A stretch of DNA of 29,203 bases. Origin: a virus (lineage: Duplodnaviria > Caudoviricetes). Position 1 is the first letter of the stretch. Every line of letters starts with the position of its first letter. Positions 1-9,000 of the stretch are shown piece by piece. Both the position numbers and the translations under genes were made by a program. The stretch covers positions 1-29,203 of the IMG/VR virus record IMGVR_UViG_3300021092_000138. One strand, 5' to 3'. The notes below the pieces were generated by a model. It made no database searches. It was not told the DNA's origin and saw nothing but the letters and a program-made list of their open reading frames with translations.

Positions 1-3000
1 AGGATATTGGACATACAATCATCAGTTATTGATGATGTTGTAATATTTTCTGCAGGCCAAGATTATAAAGTTGAAGATGATATTATCCTCAATAATGAAA
101 ATACTTTCGGAAATGGTGCAAATCTTGTAATATCCGAGATAGAAGGAAAAAAAATAAGCGGCCTTACAATATTAAAAAATAAGTTAGATAATGTTTCATT
201 TGTAATAAGATCTAATAACATAACTGGGGTCGTGGATTATCCACATCAAATCAGAAATAATGAAGTAGTTTCTATTTCTGGAATTTCAACTATTACCTCA
301 AGTGGTTTGTCTGGACGAAGATCTGTCAAAGTTACTCAAAAATCGGTTCAATTATTAAAGAATATTGATGTAGTAGCTAATACGGGAATTTCTACAATTA
401 TTTTTGTAAAGGATGTCAGTGGATTTAGAGTTAATGATACCGTAGCAATTGGTACAGAAAAATTATTAATTACTCGTATTTCTCCCGAAAGATCAGGATT
501 TTATGTTAATCGTATTGAAAATACCGGCATTCATACTGCAGGCCTCGATACGGTGGATTTATTGCCAAAAAGATTTGAACTGAACTTAAAAGAACCACTT
601 TCCGATTACACTTTTGAAAATACAGTTACTTTTTTTGATCCAAAAGAATCTGTTGGAACAGGCACAGCCGGAGTAAGTAGAAATGTCGTTGGTCTTGGAA
701 CTTCTTCTTTTGTTTCAATATTTTTACCAAGTAAAAGTATTTACATACCAGGGCATAGCTTTTTTACTGGTCAAGAATTAATTTATAATTGTGGATTAGG
801 TGGAACATCTTTATATGTTAATAATGTAGGATCTGGACAATCGTTTAGTTTACAACAAAATCAAAAAGTTTATGCAGTTAATCTAGGTAAAAATTATGTT
901 GGATTATCAACCTTAGGATTCACTACTTCATCAGGGATAGGAACAAATTTAAACTCCTTAGAATTCTGGCCCTTAACAGAGGCCTTTGGTGTAGTTGGAT
1001 CCGCTCATTCGTTAAGTACAACAAATAAGAAAATAACCGGTACAATTATAACATCTAGTGGAATTGTTACAACAAATGTTAGTCATGGATTAGTGACTGG
1101 AGATGAGGTATCAATTTCGCTTTCCAGCTCTATCGAAAATGAAATCAAAATTAAATTTGACCAAATTAATAGAAAATTATTAGTAAATGAAATATCATTT
1201 TCTGATAGCAATGTTTCAATCTCAAATAATACTATTAATTTATCTAGTTATGTTAATGAAATAAAAAATGGAGATAAAGTTACATATTTTGCTTCCACAC
1301 CTATAGGAGGCCTGGCTAATGGTGCAACGTATTATGTACTGAAAGAAGATGATGACAAAATAAAATTATGTTTATATGAAAGTGACACAAAAACTAATTC
1401 CGGATCTCAAAAAAATGTTATAGACTTTACAACTGTTGGATCCGCATCACAAACTCTCTACTTCGTAAATCCACCATTAAAATTTATAAAAGGTGATAAA
1501 ATTAAATTTAATTTATCTGATCCAAGTTTATTGAATATGGATATTAAATTTTATTCTGATACTTTTTATTCGAAACGATTGGATATTATTGGAAATAATA
1601 TTAATGGATTTGCAATAGTCAATTCAGGAACTCCAGGAACTAATGATGCTTATGTAACATTGGACACGTCTAATAAAAATTTTCCAACTATTTTATATTA
1701 TAATTTAATATTTAAGAGTCCAATTGAAGAAAGTAAAACTCAATTAAGTTCAGATTATTCTGTTCCTGGGAATAATCAAATAATTGTAAGAAATCATCCT
1801 TTGAACAGAAAAGTTGGAATTACCACAATATCAAATACTGAATTTACTTTTTTGCTAGATACAAAATTTTCATTTAATGAATTGACTTCTGTTTTATCAT
1901 CTAATTCATCATACAAAACTACTTCAACTTCAGCTATTGGTCCAATTTCTAACGTTAAAATAAACTTTGCTGGCAGAGGATATAAAAAACTACCATTCAT
2001 TCAAAAAATTGATACAAAACTTGGAAAAAATGCTATTTTAAAATTAAAGTCTGAAAAAATAGGCAGAGTAGAATCATACGAAAGAGTTAAAGATGGATTT
2101 GATTATCCAACAGATCCAACGTTATCCCCTAGACTTAGTGTTCCTGTTATTTGTGGAATAAAAGATATACGAACAATATCCAATATTGGAATAATTACTG
2201 GAGGAAGAAACTATAATGGTCCACCAGAATTATTAGTCAAGGACGATCCTAGTATTAAATTATCTTGTTCTGTAACTGGTGGAGCTATCTCTAAAGTTAA
2301 TATTATTAATAATTCAACATCTCTCTCGTCACCATTAGAAATAATTCCTATTAGAAATTCTAATGGATATGAAATTGATAACATTACATATGCTGGTAAT
2401 TTTGTAACTTTAGAATTAAATAATACTCCAGGACTGAATCCATTCGTAACCATTGGTTACGGTAATACATTAGTAGCATATCCTTTTGCTGTGGGAGATA
2501 AAATTTTTATTGAAAATTGTAGATTAACTTCAAGCACAAGAGATAAAGCCAATTTCAATTCCTCTTCATATAATTATAGATTTTTTACCGTAACAGGTAT
2601 CAGTTCTCTAAACAATACTGTTACATACAGTATGAGTGGTATCTCGACCGGTCAATTCGGAACATATAATGATGAATTTAATTTGGGAACAGTTATTAAT
2701 CAAAAAGATTTACCGGTTTTCCAAATGAATTTAGCTGATGATGTTAGTTATCAATCTTCGGAAAAAGTAATCAGTTCTGATTTTACAGCTACTGTTATGG
2801 AAAACGGTTGGGACAATAATTTAAACCAACTGAGAATGAACGATGGATATGGTACTCTTCAGGTTGGTGACTATTTGTATGGGGAGAGATCTAAAATTAA
2901 TGGTAAAGTAGATTATTTTGATACTTTTGATCTAAAATCAACACTTGGAGTTTTTAGAGATAAAGTGGCTTCAGTGGATAGTTCTGTAGGAATATTGAAT

Positions 3001-6000
3001 GATTTCCAACAGAGAATCTCGGATAATTTTTATTATCAAAAATTCTCATACTCACTTAAAAGTGATATATCATATGATAAATGGAGAGAATCTGTTAGAT
3101 CTATTGTCCACCCATCTGGATTTAAAGAATTTTCAGATCTTGTAATTTATACAAATCCAACTAACATTGGATATGCAAAATCTACAAATATGAGGGTAAA
3201 ACTTAAGGGTTCCGATTCTACATTATCAATAAATGTTGACAATGAAGTTTCAATGTATGATAAATTTAATTTTGCAAAAGTTTATGAAGACCAAACCTTG
3301 GATGATGGATCTGTCGAATCTGTTTATTTTACTGAAGGTATAAATTTAAGACCATTTATTATTAATAAAACTAATAAAGTTTTGAGAATTGATGACATTA
3401 GTGAGCAATTTAATGGAAGTTCATTACAAAATTTAGATGGCAGATATGCCGATGCTTCCGATTTAATTGATTTAAATAAGGAATTCATTCAAGCTGAGGT
3501 GGTAGCATTTGTAGAATTTAATTATCCCGATATTGTATTAAGTTCAACTTATAGTGCAGAAAAATGCAAACGAGATGTTGGATATATTGTTGACGCAGTT
3601 TCTCATGATATAAAATATAATTCAAATGATAAATCCGTTGAGGCTGGTCTTGCGTATTGGAACGCCGGAGCTTCTTATGTTGTTAATGAAACTGAACAAA
3701 CTTTATTTGCTTATAATTATGTTAAATTCTTAGGACAATATGTAATTAATAATCAAACTCCACCTACTCTATATCAATCATTAGTGCCTCAGGAATTTGA
3801 TTTTGAGATCATACAAGATCCATTGAATCTAAGCGTAATTGGTCTTAAAAATGCAAGAAATCTAATAGTATCCAACAGAAGAGAAATACAAGATAAATCT
3901 TTAGCTTCCGTTGCAGTAGGATTTCCAGACTTTTATTTCCCCCCAGATCCACAAACTACATTTAGATCAAGATATGCAGATGGTTATAGATTGATACAAC
4001 AAAATAGACAAGAAATTGTTGATACTTCTTGGAATGATACGGTCAGTATTTATCCTGGAATTTCTACAACTCAAAATAAGTGTAAACGTGATATCGGGTA
4101 TTTTATTGATGCTATTTCAATAGATGTATTTTTAGGAGGAAACTCTTACACTAAACAATTTATTTTACAATACTTCAACCAGGGATCACCAATTCCAAAT
4201 GGTTTGGCTGGTGAAGAAGCGCAATCTATTTTTGCTTTTGTTGCAGCTCGCAACTTAATGAGATCTGCCGTGAGAAATGGACTTACAATACAAGATCTAA
4301 CTGTAACACCTGGCCCTCCAGTGTATGGTATTGGAGCTATAGTAGGAGTTACCTCTACAGCAGCATGTACTGATGTCCAAAATAATATTTCAACCCTTGT
4401 TGGAATAGTTACTGCGTCTATTTCTATAGGATCTACAAGCAATTTACCGGCAACTAATGTTGGCACATACACTAGTGGCCAATCAAAATGTTTTAGAGAC
4501 CTTGGATATATTATTGATGGAGTTGCTCAGGATATATCTTATGGAACTAATCAACATACTCTTTATAATACTAAAAAATATTTTACTGGAGCAGGGGTTC
4601 CCTTAAATTCTGGGTTAGTTGGCGAAGAATCCGAATCAATTTATGCTTTTGAAACGGCTAAATCATTAATGAAGAAGGCAATTACAAATCAATTAAATGT
4701 CAAAAATTTAACCATTGCTGTAGATCCAATAACTGGATTTAATACTGATCCAAATTCATACGCAGGCATTCAAACAAACATTAATACTCTAGTTGGAATA
4801 TTGACAGTTGCAATAGGAAATAGTAGTTTGGCCGGTATACCAACAGAAAATTATGGCACTGCAGACTGTGCAGATGTCAGAACTTCGTTAGGTAATTATG
4901 TTGGAATTATTACTACAATTATTGGACTTGGGCCTAGTTTTGCACCAATAGTAGTTCTCCCATCAATATCTAGAGGTGGCGGTATTGTTGGAGTATCATC
5001 ATTTAAACTAAAAAATAAAGGAACTTCATTATTCAGTCACACCATAGTTTCTTCTGCAAGCACTTATATTGATTTGGAATCGAATAAATTTATTATTCCA
5101 AACCATAATTTCCAAACAGGACACGAATTAATTTATGAATATTCTGGTGGAAATCCAATAGGAATAGCAACGACTTCGTATATTTTAGGAAATAAAACGG
5201 AAGTTATGGTAGTTGGCAATATTAATGGAACCGCTATTTTACAACAGGGATACGATGTATCAATATCTACTAGTATAACTGGAATTTCAACTGTTCTTTC
5301 GCCAGTTGGACCATCTTTAAAACAATATACTCAAGTTATTGGTGTTGGAACTACTTCTGGCGTAAATGCAACTTTTAATGTTTTAATCACATACTCACCA
5401 TCTACAGGACAACCATTATCAACTTCTATTACTTTGAAGTCTGGCGGCACTGGATATAAAGTTGGCCAAATAGTTTCTATAGCCGGAACTTACATGGGTG
5501 GGTCAACTCCGGCTAATAATTTAAGCTTTGTTGTTTCTAATACGGGGCCAAGTGGAATACAAACGCAAGCAAATAATACCTATACAAATGTTCCATCAAC
5601 AGATTTAAGTGGTGCTCTATTTAATGTTACTAGAAATGATTCTGGCGGATATGTTTCTAATGTACAAGTAACAAATCCAGCAGCTGGATATGCTTCTACT
5701 TCTATTATTTCTATAGCAGGAACTTACATCGGAGGATCAACAAATGATTTTATTACATTTACTCCGTTAGAACTAGGCGCCTCAAAACTTCCAGAATCTT
5801 TATTTGTATATAAGTTAAATGATAACGAATTTAAAGTTTTTGGTCTCTCAACTAGTTCTAGATTTTTAGATTTTACTGGATTTGGCACTGGTTATCATAC
5901 TTTAAGTCATAAAGATCCAAATGCAAGTGTAATAATAACACTAGATGGAGTTATACAAACAGCCATCAGAAGAAAATCTTTATCAGTGAGCTTAGCTTCT

Positions 6001-9000
6001 AATGTTTCAACCGCTAATACAACTATACTTAATGTCTCTAGTGGAATATCTTCTCTTAATACATATGATATTTTAAATTTAAATAACGAATTTATCTTAG
6101 TTAAAAGTATTGGAATATCTTCCAGCAATTCCATTTTTGTTGAAAGGGGATATTTGGGAACAACTGCAGGAGTTCATACGGTAGGGGTCTCTGCAACTGT
6201 ATTGACTGGAGATTTTAATATTGTTAAAGATACAATATTCTTTACTACTGCTCCATATGGTAAAATTGGACCAGCCGGACTGTCCACTGGATCTATTTTT
6301 GGAGGAAGAGTTTTTTCAAGACAATTTAATGCTGCTACACCACAAGATAAAAATATATTGCTTGATGACATATCCCTATCATTTACGGGAATTGCGGCAA
6401 CAGAGTTTACCATAAAATCAAACGGACAGAATACAACTACTCTTTTTAATAATATTAACAGTGGATCAAATATCAACAATAATCCTTTTATTTTAATAAA
6501 TAATGTTCCACAAGTTCCGCAATCAGACTTTACAATTGATAATGACTCTCAAAATGTTTTAAAGTTTTTATCAGGCACTCCATCATCAGGCAGAATTTCA
6601 AAAGTAGCTATTACAACCGGATTTGGATATCAACCTAGAATTGGAGCAGCGGCTACAGTTGTAGTTTCTGCATCTGGTACTATTTCATCTATTGTTATAG
6701 CTCAAGGTGGACTTGGATATAGACAATCTCCATCAGTCAGTATATCTTCAACCATTGGATTTGGGGCTAGCATTACTGCTACTGTTGGAGTTTCGGGAAC
6801 TATTACTGGTTTTATTATTGTTAATCCCGGCACTGGATATACAAGATCATCCATACCTAAAATCAATGTAGGTATTCCAACAGGGTATAGTAATTTACCA
6901 GTAGTTTATACTGGAGGTACATCTGGAGTTGGCCAAAAAGCTAAAATAACTGTGGAAGTTGGTTCCGGATCAAGTATTATCGACTTTAAGATCGATAGTC
7001 CTGGAATTGGTTATAAAGTTGGTGATAAGTTAAAGGTAGTTGGAATTGCCACAAATATCAATATGAGAAATGATATATTAACTATTAATAATGTTTTATA
7101 TGATAATACAACGGGAGTTACCACAATAAGAACATTACAAAGTCATTTATTAAAAGTTGGTGACAGTATTAGATTGTCTGGAATTGCACTTACTTGTGGA
7201 TATGATGAAGTGGGAATTCGCACATTCTCATACGATAATGTTACCGGAATTTCTACAATTGTTACTTATTCTCCTCATGGATTATTGAGAACTGATGTTC
7301 CAAATAATGAAACTAGTGATGAAGTATTTTTATATAATTTACCTTTTATTTGTCCATCATATACAACAAATGCTGCAGTTAATATTAGTAATGTTGTTTA
7401 TAATCATATAGCTGGTATCGCTACAATTACAACATCCTCTGATCATGGTGCGGTTACCGGAAAACAAGTAAAACTGGCTGGAATTGCATTCTCTTGTGCT
7501 GCACATAGTGCAACAGGAATTGCAACTTATAATATTACCAATTTTGTCTATACTAATTCTACCGGTATAACAACGATTACACTTGACGCAAATCATGAAT
7601 TAATACCAGGGGAATATGTTCAACTTTCTGATATTATTCTTTCTTGTCCATCAGAAGCTATCGGATATTCAACCACCAAGTTCCCATACTCAGCTGGTAT
7701 AGGAACCTTGGGCAATTCTTATCCGAATAGTAGTCCAAATACCCTTGGGGGAACTTTCAATGTGTTCAGAGTTCTTGTAGGAACCTCTGGCACAACAATT
7801 GTATTCTATGCAGGAATTTCTACTGTTGCACATACTTATAGTTCGGGTGGCACAGCAACAGTGGGTATTACGTCTACAATATTCCCATATCCAGGATCTA
7901 GTCCTACTGCTGTAAGTGGAACATTTGATGTATTTAAAGTTAACTCAGTTTTAAGTAATACACAATTCACAATTATAGCCGGAGTTTCTAGTATTGCACA
8001 TACTTATGTTTCTGGTGGGACAGCTCAATCAGGTGTAACAACTACAATATTCCCGGATGGCACAAGCACTTATGGAAAAGTATTCCCAGTTCTCACATCT
8101 TTAGGATCTACGAGTTTTACAATAAACTCTGGAATTTCTACAATTCCACATACATTTGTTGGTTGGCCAGAAATAGGAATCACCACATTTAAATATACTA
8201 ATACAACAGGTATTGCAACAGCAACCACCTCAAGTAATCACAACTATTTAATTGGAGATAAAGTTACTTTAGAAGATCTTTCTCTTACCTGTCCTGGATA
8301 TGTTCAAAATCCAATTGTAAATATTACAAATCTCATCTACGATAAAGTATCTGGAATAGCAACAATCACTACCGCAAGTAATCACTTAGCTATTACAGGA
8401 AAGCAAATCAAGTTAGCTGGAATCGCTCTCACCTGTCCTAGTGGATCTGGTATTACATCTACAATATTCCCGTATCCAGGATCTAGTCAAAATACATTGA
8501 GTAATTGGGATATTTTTAAAGTCAATTCTGTTTTAAGTCAGACGCAATTTACAATCAATGTGGGAGTTTCCAGTATTACACATACTTATGTTTCTGGTGG
8601 CACAGCTCAAGCTGGTATTACATCTACAATATTCCCGTATCCAGGATCCTCCATTTATGGATATACATTTACTGTTATTGGTATAACTACAAATACTTTT
8701 ACATTTAATGCGGGTATTTCTACAATCGTTCATGATTACGTAAGTGGTGGAAAAACCAAAAAAGCTGCAACTGTTCAAAGAGTTCTTAGATATACCGATG
8801 ATAGTTCTGATGGTGCTTATGATTTCCAAGTAACTGGAATTCCTGATACCGTTGGCCTTGGATCAACAAATGTATTCACTATACTATCTGGAATCACAAC
8901 CATTCCTCATTTTTATACGCAAAGCGGCATAGTTTCATTCAGACAACCAGAAGATCTCATTCTAACAGTACAAGAAATTCAAACTGATAAGTTTAGTGGT

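Noticed and set aside
7-9. TTG start of the 3850-aa ORF
   Set aside because: The frame is open to base 1 and the protein begins mid-repeat; the true start most likely lies upstream of the window.
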